DNA of 64,000 nucleotides, taken from NCBI RefSeq assembly GCF_009914755.1, contig NC_060925.1, one strand, 5' to 3'. Position numbers and translations under genes: made by a program. The stretch's first letter is position 1. Every line of letters begins with the position of its first letter. Below, piece by piece: positions 42,331 through 55,869 of this stretch. The DNA comes from the human T2T-CHM13v2.0 reference genome, Homo sapiens. Under the pieces are notes generated by a model. It ran no database searches. It had not been told where the DNA came from and worked only from the letters and a program-made list of their open reading frames with translations.

Positions 42331-44615
42331 CCTCACTATATCATCATCATCATTATTATTGGTTATGGAAATTTACTACTACTAGACTTCAGAAAACTGG
42401 GCTGGAGTATTGGAATCGCTTTATGAAGGAATGGATGGTGAAATGTTGCTAAGAATCATAGGGGCACTGAGAAGAGATGTTGTCTCAGACGAATAGGAGC
42501 CAGGGACGCAGGACTCTAGCCTCCTCGTGGGCAGGGGAACATTGGTCTAGAACTGGAAGAACTTGCACTGCTTTCCCCTCAAACTGTGGGCAGTGGAACC
42601 TGTGGCACATTCTTCCTGGTGGCCTCGGCTTGGGAACACTAGCCCTGGGGAGGGTGACTGACCTTCCTGAGAAGAGATCAAACCAGCTGGCTCCTAGGCT
42701 CTTGGAGAAGCAAGGAGTCTGCATCCTGGGAGCCTCACAGAGCCGCTCCATGCTGCAGCTCCTGCAAAGGGCATGATGCAGGACAGCTCCCCAGATGGAG
42801 ACATAATGGCACTTCCGTTCCCACTCCTCCACCTCCCCTCAGCCCCGGCCACAGTGGCAGCTGTTGCTGGTTGGACGTGAGATTTGTATGCTGTTTACAG
42901 TGCTGCCTTTTTATTCTTGAACCTGAAAGCTTTACTGGGTATTAAATTCCAGCATCAGACTGCTGTTTGTGCTCCCAGGTGAAAGAAAGAGAAAGAGAGC
43001 TTTAATACTGTCAAAAAGTGGGGCCTGAATCATCTATGAACGGGCATCACAGGAAGCCCAGAGCCGGTATTCGGACAGGAGTTGCTTCCAGAAGGAAAAT
43101 GTTTACTGTGGAAGGTCCAGCTCTGCCCTCACCCATCAATCCCTAAGCCCTTGTTAGCAGGATTACATGAATTGTTCCTTTCATTATTAAAGAACATCCT
43201 GGTGGTGGAGGATGTTGTGAGAGGAGGCTGCCCACTACGTTAGGACGGAGCCAGCTCCAGCAGTTATTTTTCTGTGATAAGAGAGAACCTCTGCTCTGGC
43301 TGCCGCAGCTTATTTAGCTTTAGCTTTGTTCTTGTTGGAATTTTTAAGACCACTTGTGACTCTCCAGGGGCTGGCTGAGCCACCAGCGGGTGGGCTGCTT
43401 CAGTGAATCAAACCCAGGTGGATTGTGGAGCTCAGCCACTTTTTCCAGCCCCAACCTCAGGTGAGGAAGATGCAGATTCAGAGTCAAACAGCTCCTAGGA
43501 TATATTTTTTTCCTTGGAGCCACTAGCTCAATCCCTTCCTTAGAAAGGCTATCATCGCAGAATGTTTCATTTAGAATCACGAAATTGCAGTGCTGAAAGG
43601 AACAGGAGAAAAACAGAACAAGAGTTAGCATCGCGAGCATCTGGGGTAGGTCCTTCTCCAGACCCAAACCACCCCTCTCCTATTCATCTCCAAGCATGTC
43701 TAAAAATGTTTAGAATAAAAATGCAACTTTCATTCCTCTGCACACCTGGAAGGACTTTGTAATTCCCAGCCACCATGAACTAGCCACCCACTTCTTATGT
43801 ATACCCTTGGAGTAGCTGAGACAGTGAAGTCCAGAACAGACAGGCTATCCCCAGAAAGGTCTTGGCAGTGCTGGTCTCCAGCACAGGTTGGTGTCTGCCA
43901 GTACCCCTCTAAGGAATACTGCAAACCCAAGGAGGACCAAGAAGCCTGATATCAGAGCACCGGGCAGGACTCTTTCTACCTCTGGGGAAAAAGGGTGATT
44001 GGTGATCTCCCTATTTGGTTGAACTGTCAGAGCTGTTGGGGAGCTCATGGTGGCCATGTTGGTGATGGCACCTCACATCCCAGAAAGCAAGGGCAATGGC
44101 TCATGCTCCGGCTCTGTCACTAACAAACTATGGGACTTGGGGAAACTTCTAGACGAAACCTCCTAGACAAAAGGAGTGACGTCTCCTAAGAGCTCCTCCA
44201 CTCTGTGATTCTGGGTGGCCCTCTCCCCTGGGCCGTAAGTTTCCTGGGCCTGGGTGGTGACTTGTGGGACCTGAAGGGGTGAGGAGAGGGGGAGCAGCAG
44301 AGGTATCTGTCTACCCTGCCCTGAGGCCCATGTCCCCACCCTTAGCAGGAGCCTGGTGCCAACAGCTGGATGCTAAGGACAGTTACCCACAGATGCCTCA
44401 CAAGCTGGAGTGAGTTTCTGGCAAGGAATGTAATGTTCCAGCAGCAAGAACATCAACAACCTCCCCTCAGGGTCTGGGGTCAGGCTGGAGGAGAGTGTGA
44501 TGCACCAAAGTGCCATTCTTGCCTGGTAGCTGGTTTACCTCTCAGAAGAAAAAACTACCCTCCCCACTCTCCCTACTTTTTAGGCTGGAGGCTGCCTCCT
44601 AAAAAGTCCTGAGGA

Positions 44616-44843
44616 GAGATCGAGACCATTCTGGCTAATACAGTGAAACCCTGTCTCTACTAAAAATACAAAAAAAAAAAAATTAGCTGGGCTTGGTGGC
44701 GGGCACCTGTAGTCCCAGCTACTTGGGAGGCCGAGGCAGGAGAATGGCATGAACACAGGAGGCAGAGCTTGAAATGAGTCAAGATCGTGCCACTGCACTC
44801 CAGCCTGGATGGCAGAGCGAAACTCCATCTCAAAAAAAAAAAA
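44616..44843 (+). mobile_element. 5'-truncated AluY
   Basis: AluY diagnostics (gagatcgagaccat.ctggctaa, agaatggcatgaac, gagcttg); perfect 15-bp TSD aaaaagtcctgagga at 44601-44615 and 44844-44858. Confidence 0.95.
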
Positions 44844-45439
44844 AAAAAGTCCTGAGGAATGTTCGCCAAATGCCAAATCCAAGCCAATTTGGAGTTCTGG
44901 TGATGTCCAGTGGCGTCTCTGGTAGGCAAAGAGAATGCGGAGAGAGGGCTGAGTGTTCTAGGGGCTGGGAGGGCAAGAGCACAGAGCACCCGGCCAAGGG
45001 TGAAGAGCATGACCCAGGGGTGAGTCCTGCATCCTAGGATGGCCCAAGATGGGAAGCCAAGGGGGCTCAGGAGGCACAAGAGTCTGATGCCCAGAGTGAG
45101 GGAGCATCTGGGCAGAAATATAACGCTTGCAACAAGAAGATTATTTTAGCAGGAAGCAGAGCAATACACAGAAAACTGTGCCCTGGGAGTTAGAACTGAA
45201 TAGCCGTCTGCCAGCTTGCCCCACATTAGGCCCTCAGTTCATCCTCTGAGAGTACACCAGGTCAAGAGAATCCCCAGGAGGCTGAGCTACACATCACAGA
45301 GTTCTTTCCAGCCAAGGTGCGCAGAAAGCTGACAAATAGCCTACTCTTCTAGAGGGAGCGCAGTGGGGAGAAGAAGAGGGAGCTGTTGCTTTCAGGTTTC
45401 GAAGAAAACATCTATTGAGGGATCCGAGAGTGTCTTCCT

Positions 45440-45535
45440 GTTTCTGGGCCTGAGTTTCCTCCACTGTCAAATAAAGGAGTTGGATTTGAGAGTTCCTCAA
45501 GTTCCTTCTAGCTCTGACATTTTGAGAGTCTGTGA
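45440..45535 (+). mobile_element. MIR3 fragment
   Basis: ctgggcctgagtttcctccactgtcaaat...gttccttctagctctgacattttgagagtctgtgatt. Confidence 0.7.
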
Positions 45536-45539
45536 TTAT

Positions 45540-46365
45540 TATAAATAAAAGAGATGTTATGCAGTAATTTGTCTTTCGGCATCAGGCTTGTTTCACTTAG
45601 CGTAATGTCATTCAGATTCATCCATGTTGTCACAAATGACAAGATTTTCTCCTTCTTTTTAGGGCTAAATAATATTCCATTGCATACATAGATCACGTTT
45701 TCTTTATCCATTCATCTGTTGATGGACACTTAGGTTGATTCCATACCTTGCCTACTGTGAATAAGACTGCAGTGAACATGGGAGTGCAGATATCTCTTCA
45801 ACAAACTAATTTCATTTCCTTTGGATATCTACCCAGTAGTGAGATTGCTGGATCATATATTTTTAAATTTTTTCTACTTTTTAATTTTTTTGAGGAACCT
45901 CTCTACTGCTTTCCATAATAACTGTACTAATTTACATTTCCACCAACAATGTACAAGAATTACCCTTTCTTCACATACTTGCCTCTAAAAAAGCCAAACT
46001 CACAGAAGCAGAGAGTAGAATGGTGGTTGCCAGGGGTTGGAAATGGTGGGGGGGTTCGGGGGAATACAGTGATGTTAGTTAAATGGTACAAAGTTTCAGT
46101 TAGGCAGAATGAATAAATTCTGAGGGTCTATTTTACAGCATAGTGACTAAAGTTAATAATCATGTATTATATACTTGAAAATTGCTAAAAGAGTCTATCT
46201 TAGATGTTCTCATCACAAAAACATGATATGTGAGGTGATGTACATGTTAACTTGCTTGATTTAACCATTTCATCATATGTACACATATCAAAACATCACA
46301 TTGTACACAATAAATATATACCATTTTTACTTGTCAATTATACCTTAATAAAATTTAAAACAATA
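45540..46365 (+). mobile_element. L1MA (MA7-9-like) with 5' inversion
   Basis: 45540-45983 is antisense ORF2-end sequence; 45984-46365 is sense 3'UTR plus A-tail; the two halves are adjacent in the consensus. Confidence 0.85.
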
Positions 46366-48704
46366 AGAAAAAACAGAGAGAAGAGACAAAAAGAGGACGG
46401 TAAGAAAGAAAAGTTTGAGGGAAAAAAACAGTAAGATAGCAGAGGAGTGGGGAGAATTGGCCACTTTTTAAGGCAGATGAGCTTTGGAGAGTGGGATAGT
46501 GCCCTTGGTTGCACTAAGAGGAATTAATCTTTCAAGGCCTAAAATTTCTCTGTAAAGCCTCAGCCCTGGTTGCAAGAGGTCCCATGTTGATTAGAGCCCT
46601 TCGACTCTAAGCCTAGCGATTGCTTTGGAAGCACCAAGCAGACCCAGATTCCTACCCTGGAGAACTCAACTCTAAGACCAGAGGACCCTTGAGCTCTAAT
46701 TACACTGTCTGCAGAAAGAAGCCTGAGTGGTTCCTGAGCCTGTGGCCACAGCCCAAGTCCGTAGCTCATGCCTAAGTGGGGCAGGGCTAGCCCAGGCGGG
46801 AGGATTAATGACAGTGATTGAATATTTTATAAGTGGAATATTGTGTATTTTCCAAAACCAAATGGAATGTCATTTTTTTCCCCCAAGAGAGATGGGGGAT
46901 GTCACTGTCCTCATTTCCCATTCAAACCACATATTCAGTGGCAAACAAGATGAATGGGACTTGGAGTTTCCAGGGGAGAGGGCAGAGACGGAAAGGGAGG
47001 AAAAAAATTCTTTTTCACTTTTTCCTCCCCCTGCCAGCCTGTCCTCACGTTGCTGCTTTCCTCGTCACCCAGTATTTGAACCCACTGTCCCCCGGACCAC
47101 TCCAGCTGCCAACCAGGGATTACATCCCCTTCCCTGACCCCTGAATGGCCTCTGTCCATAAGGAGATTAAGTCACAAGGTCACCTAATCCATCCTTCTGT
47201 TTCCAAGAAACACAGGGTATGAGACATGAAAAACTTGCCGGAAGATCTTCCTTCACGTTCTTAGCCCAAGGTCTTATTTTCTTTCTGTATAACTTCCTTT
47301 GGTCTAACTGAAGTCCGTCTCATTGCAGATGAAGGTCGTGCCCTCTAAATGTTGACTTTTGTGGAGAATGAAATATAATTGCCCTCCCTCCTTAGGGTGG
47401 AAGCTCTGCCTATTCTTCATATGAAAGTCTTGGGATTCAAGTGCTTCAGAAACCCTGGATCTATCATTGCCTCCAACTCACCCTCTTGAATGCATTACTG
47501 GCCTGTGCAAATGCAACTATTTGATTAGTGCTTGAGTGGTGAGAGGCCCCTTCCCTTCTCAACACCCTATTATATGCTCCAAGGCCACCCACATGCTCCG
47601 CTGCTTTGCATTTGCCCTGCAATCTTTCATGCCAGTTGACTTTTCATCTCCAAATCCCTTTTCACATTAAACACAAACCCACACACTCTGTCCCATTTTC
47701 CTTTGAAATAAATCATAAGCCCATGCCAGAAACGACTCAGGGTGTTCTCTGGAATTTGTAAACAGCATTAAAGTCTTGTGGGAAATGTCACAGAGTGTTG
47801 GTCTGAATTTATTAAGTAATTTCTCAGCTTAAAATATATCTTTCCAGGCTGCTGTCTGACAACATTTACCTCTAATGGAATTTTATCCACTCTTGATCAC
47901 TAAACTAAGCACACTTCTATCCCAGAGTGCAGATTCCTGAGCTCTTCCTGTTCGGCTCTCAGTTAGGTAGGTTTCAGACACACTAGCCGTGCCCCTGCCT
48001 TTCAAAACCACTTGGAGCTGTAAGTGCCCAGCTATTCTCTATATCCGAGGGTGCCAGCACACCATTACACCACATGTACATGGATGCCACTGAACTTACA
48101 AACATGTTAATAACATCCACATTCAGCACTCGCCAGAGGCGGAACCAGGAAATGTCTCAGAGAAGGTTCTTTCTTCCTGCCAAATCTCCATCAGCTCCCA
48201 AGCTACCCCAAATAAACATACTTTTTAAAACAAAACCATAGTTGACTGTACAAAGTAACTACAAGACCAGTTCCGTTGCCTGCCTCCTCTTTTCTCAACC
48301 AGTTGTCATCTGTTAAGCCCCTCCTTTGGAGAAATGTTGGCACTGTCCTTGGGTCATTTTGAATTCTAGTTTCAATCAGTCAATTAAACAACACATCTAT
48401 AAAGAGCAGCTGTTTTGTACAAAGTTGAAATTAAGTGAGGGAATGAAGAGGCTGTCAGCTTATGTCTTTCCCAGATCCATCCTCTTTCTGTGGCCTCGGG
48501 CCTCGTTGGTTCCAGGACTCATCCTAACCAGGGCAAGAAGCCGTTTCAGCAACACAAGCCCAGCACTTGTTGGGGCCTGGCATGGGTCATAATACTCTAA
48601 GCCCAGAGTCCAGGTTAATTAACCCCAGGCCTTGTTACAACTCTGAATGTCAGTGTCCCCTACCCTGTAATACACAGAAGATAGTATAACACACTGGTCA
48701 AAAA

Positions 48705-48930
48705 ATCTTCATCGTGGAATCAGACGGGGTTGGAATCCAAGTTCTGCTACTTACTAGCTGTGTGGCCTTGGAAAGGTTGCTTAACTACTCTCTGCTTCAG
48801 TTTCCTTATCTCTATAATGATGATAATATTATGCCTGCTTCATAGGGTTATTTTGAGAAATAAAATTCTAGATGTAAAAATGCATAAAATAATGCCTAGA
48901 TATTCTTAAATAATGAACCATTAATCATAA
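48705..48930 (+). mobile_element. MIR
   Basis: gggttggaatccaagttctgctacttactagctgtgtggccttgg...ttcagtttccttatctctataatg...cttcatagggttattttgag. Confidence 0.85.
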
Positions 48931-50521
48931 TTAACAAAAAGTCATTATTACTTATCATTATTAAATGCTTGCTACCACTTTATTGTTTGGCTGGCAGTGT
49001 ACCCTTAGCTTCTTGTCTTCTAATTAGACATACCAGTCCCTCTGTGTCTATAAACCATTTACTGCCTGGTGACTGGAGAGAGGCTCAGGAAGTGGCTGCC
49101 CAGGCTGGATATGCCCAACACTTGCCTCCAAATATGGCTCTTCTCCTGGTACTGCTTTGAGGATGCAAGAACACATTCAGCTCTCAAGAGGTTTGCATTT
49201 CTGGAACTGAAGGTAAAACTGCCCACCCTGCCTTCTTCCTGAAAGAGTGCCAGGAGTCCCCTCTTCGTGGCTAGGCCAAAAGCTCCCTAGTGGCAAGTGT
49301 AGAACCAGGGCAAAAGGAATATAAGGTCTTAGTGGAAAGTGAAACTGGTTTCAATAGCCAATCTTAGAATGGAAGTTTAAAGCAACAGTTCATCAGAATA
49401 TTATAAAAGTGCCAAAAAAAAAAAAAACTAGTAAGAAACAAGAAATCTGAGACAAAATATAAGTGAATGAAAACCCATAAGGCCAGGTTAAGAAGCCAAG
49501 TATAGAACTGAAACTTTGAGAGTATTCCTATTAAAAATGTTGTCTTGTTCTGGAACATATGTTCTGTTTGAACATACCCGTTCTCTGTTCTAAGAATATA
49601 CTGATGAAATAGATGGAAATCGCAGGTGCATGTGCTGGCAAATGTTTATTGGTGTTCCTTTTTATCTGGACTCAAGACAGTACCCAACCTTCTGTTTGAC
49701 AACATCACCTCAAACATGTTACAATTAATTATACAACTTTTCTTCACATCACATTTTAATTTGGAAAGACGTGGGAGACATCTTTGTTTCTTAAGAAGAT
49801 TTGCAAATTAATCTAAACTCACTGAAAATACATTTACAAACTCACAGTGGGTTAGTTATATGTATTCTAACCTCGTTCTCATTTTTCAACTTCAAAGGAT
49901 GGTTTTCTAACTGTGTGTCTGAAGTCTAGAGGATATTTTGAGTCATTTGAGAGATGAAATAAACTATACATTTATTCGTTTACTTTATACTTTGGATTTT
50001 TAAATAAGCATAAAGAATATGACAATTTAAAATGTTTCTTCTATGTCTTAAACCCTGATTAAAGCAATGGAGTGAAAGAATGTTCCTACATGTCAAGACA
50101 AGCACTCAGGCAGTGGGCGGAAGGCAGGACTCTGTGCTGGGCATGTCAGTGAGCAAGCCTGACCTGGGAGTCCGCGTTAGGGCTATCAAATCCAACAGTT
50201 AATGAGTAAAACTACAGAAACAACAGAGAGCATGAGGACAGGTAAGAAGGTCAAATGCAAACTGGTCAGAGCTGAAAATAAACCTAGGATTAATTATAAG
50301 TGAATTAAACCTACCAGCTCAAATGAAGTAGCCAATTTTGCATTTGACATGTATATTTGTTAGTATCATTTTTATAGGTGTGTGTGCAAAGAGAACTTAT
50401 TCTATTTGTACTTTGTCAACTTTCATAGGAGACTTCTTATTCTTTAAAAAAAAAACAGTATTTTAAAAATTCATGTGATATTTCTTGTCAGTAGGGTTGG
50501 TTTTGCAAGTCATACCCCTGG

Positions 50522-50650
50522 GAAGTTGTTTTCAAATCTTGATCTGCATCAGAATTACTGGGAGTCTCTGAGGCAGGAGGGCTGGGTGTCTGCATTTTGT
50601 ACACATTTCTCAGTTGAGTCTAAGGACCAGTAACGCTTAAAAACCATTAC
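50522..50650. mobile_element. MER5-like hAT MITE
   Basis: gttgttttcaaatcttgatctgcatcagaattactgggag...tctgcattttg...ttaaaaaccatt. Confidence 0.6.
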
Positions 50651-53389
50651 CCTAGAAAACAGCTCTGTCTTCCTCTACAGCACGTGAGCTACATGACTAA
50701 TTGCTACTTAGTGCTTTTATTCTCTCACTTCTCTCTTTCATTTCTACTTAGGAACTCATTAGAATATAAGGAAAGTCACCTGGTTATTAGGAAGAACCTC
50801 CTTGAGATGTTATCCCTACCTTCCAGTTACTTACCAGGAGAACCTAGTAGGAAGACAAAGCATAGACATGGAAGTTCATTACTAATATAAGCAACCTGGG
50901 ATGGGGTAAGGGTGGGAATGTCCTGTTGGCACATATCTAGAAGTTTAGACAAGCAAAAGATAGGGGTACTGTGACTGGAGATGACTTTGTAATAAAAATG
51001 AGTCTTGGGAGTGCTAAAGGATGGGTAGGGTGTACAGAGACAAGTACTTGGAGGAGTGTTGCCGGGTGAGAGAAGGCTGCAACTTGAGGTTGCCGAGCAA
51101 TTATCAGGGTTCCTCTTTGCTGTGATAATATGCTAATTAAAATTGTCTTCAGCTTCCACAGGCACTATCTAGTTAATGCTCAAAAGGGAGGAATTTTTAA
51201 AAAATGAGTCCATAAAATTTAGTACCAACTTAATTTTTATTCATTGTGAATCAATGCAGAAACCAAAATAGACCTAACACATCGTTGTTGAGTGTGTTTT
51301 GGAATCACGACACATTCTTGGCTGGAATCAGAAAGGTGTTAAAACTAAAGAGAAGGTCCCAGGTCTGCAATTCCACTTGTGCTTGCACTTCTGCCCTTGG
51401 CATCTTCTAATAGGAACATCTCCAGGAACAGGAAGTCAGCAAAACCCATTAATGGGTATACGGTAAAGCTGCAGGGCATATATACAGTACCACCCTGGAC
51501 CTGGGTAACCAGGACCTCTGCCCTTGGCTCCACAGTTTAGAGACCCCTGTGGCCCACCCCTCTTCCCTCTTATCCCTTCCTCAAGGGTGATGAGTCCACA
51601 GGTGAAGAAACATGCCCTCCAAGAGCCTATGAACTCCCTTGTAGATGACACTCTGGGTACTTGGGACACTGGAATTCCCTGCCCTTCACAGGCCACTTCC
51701 ACAGGTCCATATTTCCAAGGGCAGTCAGTGCCAAAAATATGCACACCCCTCATACCCACTTGTACAAACATAGCTTGGACAAGTGGGTAAAGGCCTTAAA
51801 GGATGGATGGGTGAGAGTTGAAGTCAGCAAGGGAAAGGGCTAGGAGATGGGGTGGAGGGACCTCAATTTCCACCCTTCCCTGGACCGTAGTAAAAATATT
51901 AAGGAGGTCACCAAAAATCCCAACCCCTTGGGATTTGTGACAGCCCCTTTCTATTTCCTGTCCAAAAGTCAAATATTAGGGGGCCATACCCTACATCCTA
52001 TGTTTCCATGGGGAAAGGGGCATGCCACTTCATTCCCAGGGAAAGAACAGTAAAACTCTCTCCATCCTCTCTCCACTCCCTCTGGTTCTCCCCAAAGGAG
52101 AAGAAATGACCTATCTTATTGGCGAAGTTGGAGAAATGTTTGTGAATGCATAACTCAGCCCTTCCTGCATCTTATAAACCCTACCTGCCTGTAGCCATCA
52201 CCTTTTCTCCTCCATGTGGGGATTAGGTCCATGCAGGGATTAGAGGGAGGCTCAAAACTTTTCCATTCTGTGAATGATATATTTGTAGATCCAATTCAGG
52301 GAGGATGAAGTAGAAAGCCTGTATGTGGCCACAGATCTGACAGCAATCGTAGCTGTCTCCAGCTGCAGACCCAGCGTCATCTTCTGCATGTGGAAATGGA
52401 CCGGCAGCTCCACAATGCCAAGTCTGAGATAAGCCACGAGGGTTTTGATGGAGAATAAGACAGTAGGAAGTGAGAAGGGGAAGGAGACAGGAAATGTCTT
52501 ATCAGTTTAGGAGGGAAAATAACTAGAACAAGGGATGACGAAACATGGGGAACAAACTGTAAAGGGCATTCGAGGGCAGTTGAAAGAAATAGCTTTGTCT
52601 GGATAGAGTAGAGGAAAAGGGGATTGAAAGGGAGATAGTAGGTAGGGGACATAGCATTAGTGGAATTTAAGTAGGCCGTGAAGCAAAGGATTTTTAGGTA
52701 CAAGAGAACCTAAAAGGGCTCTGGAAAATGCAGATAACGTGCATAGGAGTAAAGGCCTGGAATCTAGTGATCTTAAGGGCCAAGAATGACTGCAGGATGT
52801 AAAAGTTAATCTATGTTAAGCTTGGTCAAACTGCATCTAATGAATGACTAAGTTGAATGCATATAATATACCTATTTCTATCTGTGCATGCCTTGAAACC
52901 TGGAGCTCCTCTCACTATAAGGAAGGAGTTTGTACAATGAACAGCTGATTGAACAGAAGCATGCTTTTGAACCTGGATGAAACCACAGTGCAGAGCTCAG
53001 TCACAATTTCAAAATTAAAGCTAAAAATGACAACAAAACTCTCCAAGTTTCTGTAGCTGGAGGTGATGGAGGTGGCCATTGGGGCTGCCAATTACTGCCA
53101 GATGTCCTGTTCTTTTATGCATACTTTTAGTTATCTAAATTAAATGATGGTTTGGCAGGGAGAGATTATTTCATTTTGTGTTAGAGTTTCCTGTCCGCAC
53201 CTTGGTTTAATTGAAGACACCATGGGCTGTCATATAACTAATACTGGAGTTCATCATACTACACATTTGGGATGGTATGAACCCAAAGCTAGAGACAAAT
53301 TAATATACAAAGGCTTGGATGATGTGAAAATGGAAAACAAAGAGAAATAGCTAATAGTTATTTCAAGAGAAGAAAATGTAGATGAAAAA

Positions 53390-53530
53390 AAGACATAGAA
53401 ACAGAAGCAGGAAGATTTTTTTAGTTGGAAAGAAAGAAGGAAGGAAGGAGGATGAAGTAGAAAGGAGGCAAGGAGGAAGGGAAGCAAATGATTGGGTAGA
53501 TAAACAGGGAATAGAGAAAGGAAAGGAGAA
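53390..53530. repeat. GA-rich low-complexity tract
   Basis: gaaagaaagaaggaaggaaggagg... purine run. Confidence 0.7.
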
Positions 53531-53964
53531 AATAAATGTTCTGTAAGTAAAAATATACGCATGAAACAAGGGTATTTTCTCTATTTCATTCAACCTCTTT
53601 GTGGTTGTTTTGTTTTTAAAAGCAGGGAATATCAAACAGCTGTTTTTACAGCTTCTGTCACTTTGTCAAAGCCGGCCTGCACACTCTGACTGCCAGGCAC
53701 ACCCAGACAGCATGCTAGTGGCAAGGCGCTCTGGTGAGCAGATGGGCCAAGCCTGCAGCCACACAGAAAGGTCAGTGCTGATGCCCATCAGGCCCCTCAG
53801 GGCTAGAGCCGAAACCAAGACCCTGGGAACCTGCTGGAGAGAGATAAGCAAACACTCAAGGCAGCATTTCTCTTCCAGATTAAAAAAAAAGAAGAAGAAA
53901 GAAAGAAAGAAAAAAAGAAAGAATTTGCCTAGAGATAATCTTCACTCAGTGCAAGCAGCAAAAA

Positions 53965-54170
53965 ACTCAATGTCAGATGACATGAACTTAGGCCCCAACT
54001 CTGCCATTTCTGACCTATGTGGCCTCAGGCTGTTTGTTTTGCCTCTGAAAGTCTCAGTTTCCCCATTTATGGAATAAGGATAATACTTCACAGGGTTTTC
54101 ACAAGGATTAAACAAGGTAATAATATGGCTCACAGCCTAGAAAATAGAGGCCCGTGGTCACTATGTTAAA
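53965..54170 (+). mobile_element. MIR
   Basis: ctctgccatttctgacctatgtggcctcaggc...tctcagtttccccatt...cacagggttttcacaaggattaaa. Confidence 0.8.
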
Positions 54171-55869
54171 AACTCATGTTTGGAAAAAAGAAACCAACAA
54201 ATATAGATGATAGACAGATGGAGGGAGGGTGAGAGATTAGATAGATAGGTTGACTGACTGATAGACAGGTGACAGATACATAGATGAAGGAGATCCAGGA
54301 AAGTCTTTCAAATAAATTTTTGGTTTCTGATAAATGTAAGAAGGGTCTTCTACTCTCTTCCTCTCCTCCCATTCCTGCCAGTAGCAGCCAGGCCTCTTGG
54401 AAATCACAAAGGTGATTCTCCTTTCCAAGTCCCTTCCCAAACAAGCCCTCCAGTAGCACTGCTCATGGGGAAACACTGCCACGTCCAACAGAGGTCTTTA
54501 TCAGAAGCCCTCAAGGAAGGGGCTTCCTCCCCTAGTGGTCTGTTCCCTCCTAAGAGTTATTGCACTACTTCATGATGTATCTGTGATGGGATGGGAGTAG
54601 GGGACACATAGAGATAAACAGTAGGAAGAAGAAGAGATGCGATCTCAGAAGCACCAGCATGAGAAGGCAAGAGCAGCATGTCTGTCTCTCCCCCAACAAG
54701 CTGGTGAGGTCGAGGGCATGGTCAAAGGTCAAGGAGGATGTGCCTGGAAGAGGGCCCTTTCCTCACAAGACCATAGCTTACCCAAGTGCCTCTTTACAGG
54801 GCTCCTGCCAGCTCACCAGCACCCTCATCTTTATCATTATCATCCCAGAGCAGAAGATTCCAGAAGACAAGTGAGCCTTTTCTGCAGGGCCTGGAGAAGC
54901 ACGCAGTGTCTGCCTCCTCACTGGGCACTTGGCTTGCCAGTCTGAAAGCATGGCCCTTGGCCTGGCCTCTCTGAGACACTTAGATGATAAATAGAGCCTG
55001 CTCTCACCACCACCTGCACTTGGGCCCACCCCAAACACTTAGCCAGGAGCACGATGGTTAAAATTATAAATCAAGTTAACAAACTGTTAAGAAAAATATA
55101 CTCTACCCTCCTACCTTGATAAATATACCTTCATAAGCCTGAGAAGTTTAAATTTAGAATTTCCAGGCTCCTGGGAGCTTGCACTGGCAAATGGAGCTAT
55201 GGAGAAGGATGACTTCCCACCCCCAGGCTGCCCCCCACCTCTTCCCACACTGGGCTCTGTCTTGCCCTTGAGGGACCTCACACACATGTGGACACCCAGC
55301 CCGCATGTCCAAGCTCTGTCCACAACCCCAGTGGGACAGTCCATTCTCTAAAGGAAGTACTGAGAAGAAGCTTACACAGACTCAGGAGCAGGTGTGGAGC
55401 CATTTGGCAGGGAATTGCAGGTTCTCAGGTACCTGAAGTATGGTGTAGAAAGAGGGTCACCGTCCTTGGGTGGGTGTATCCTCCTGGCCTTAAGGATTTA
55501 TTGCCCTTTGGGGAGGAATATGGCTGGAAGGGGATTACAGCGGGCAGGTCCAAAGCAGAGGTCCCTATGCCCAGATCCTTGCTGTCAGCATCCTCATCAA
55601 CATCATGCCCTACACCCAATAGCATTCTCATTCCCATCCCAGGCAGTGTAGAGAACATTACCATTGGATTCGCTGCCTGCTTGGGCCCTTGCTACACCCT
55701 TCCAGCCACAGTTTTACCAGCTTCAGCCAGGAACTCGAGTTTCTCAAGCCCGAAGCCCTTTTGGGAAGAGACTGCAGGGGCAGAGAGAGGAGAGCCAGGC
55801 TGGAGACTGAGGCAGGTTTGAGTGGAGTGATGACTCCTGGGGCAGGTCCCATTGTTAAGGAGGCCCCCC

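Noticed and set aside
49551-49566. Glucocorticoid/androgen response element GGAACA-ta-TGTTCT
   Set aside because: The spacer is 2 bp rather than the required 3 bp.
55288-55821. 177-aa ORF (and 150-158 aa ORFs at 39976 and 53601)
   Set aside because: Non-ATG starts, no recognisable domain, low-complexity or probable old LTR content; lengths are compatible with chance.
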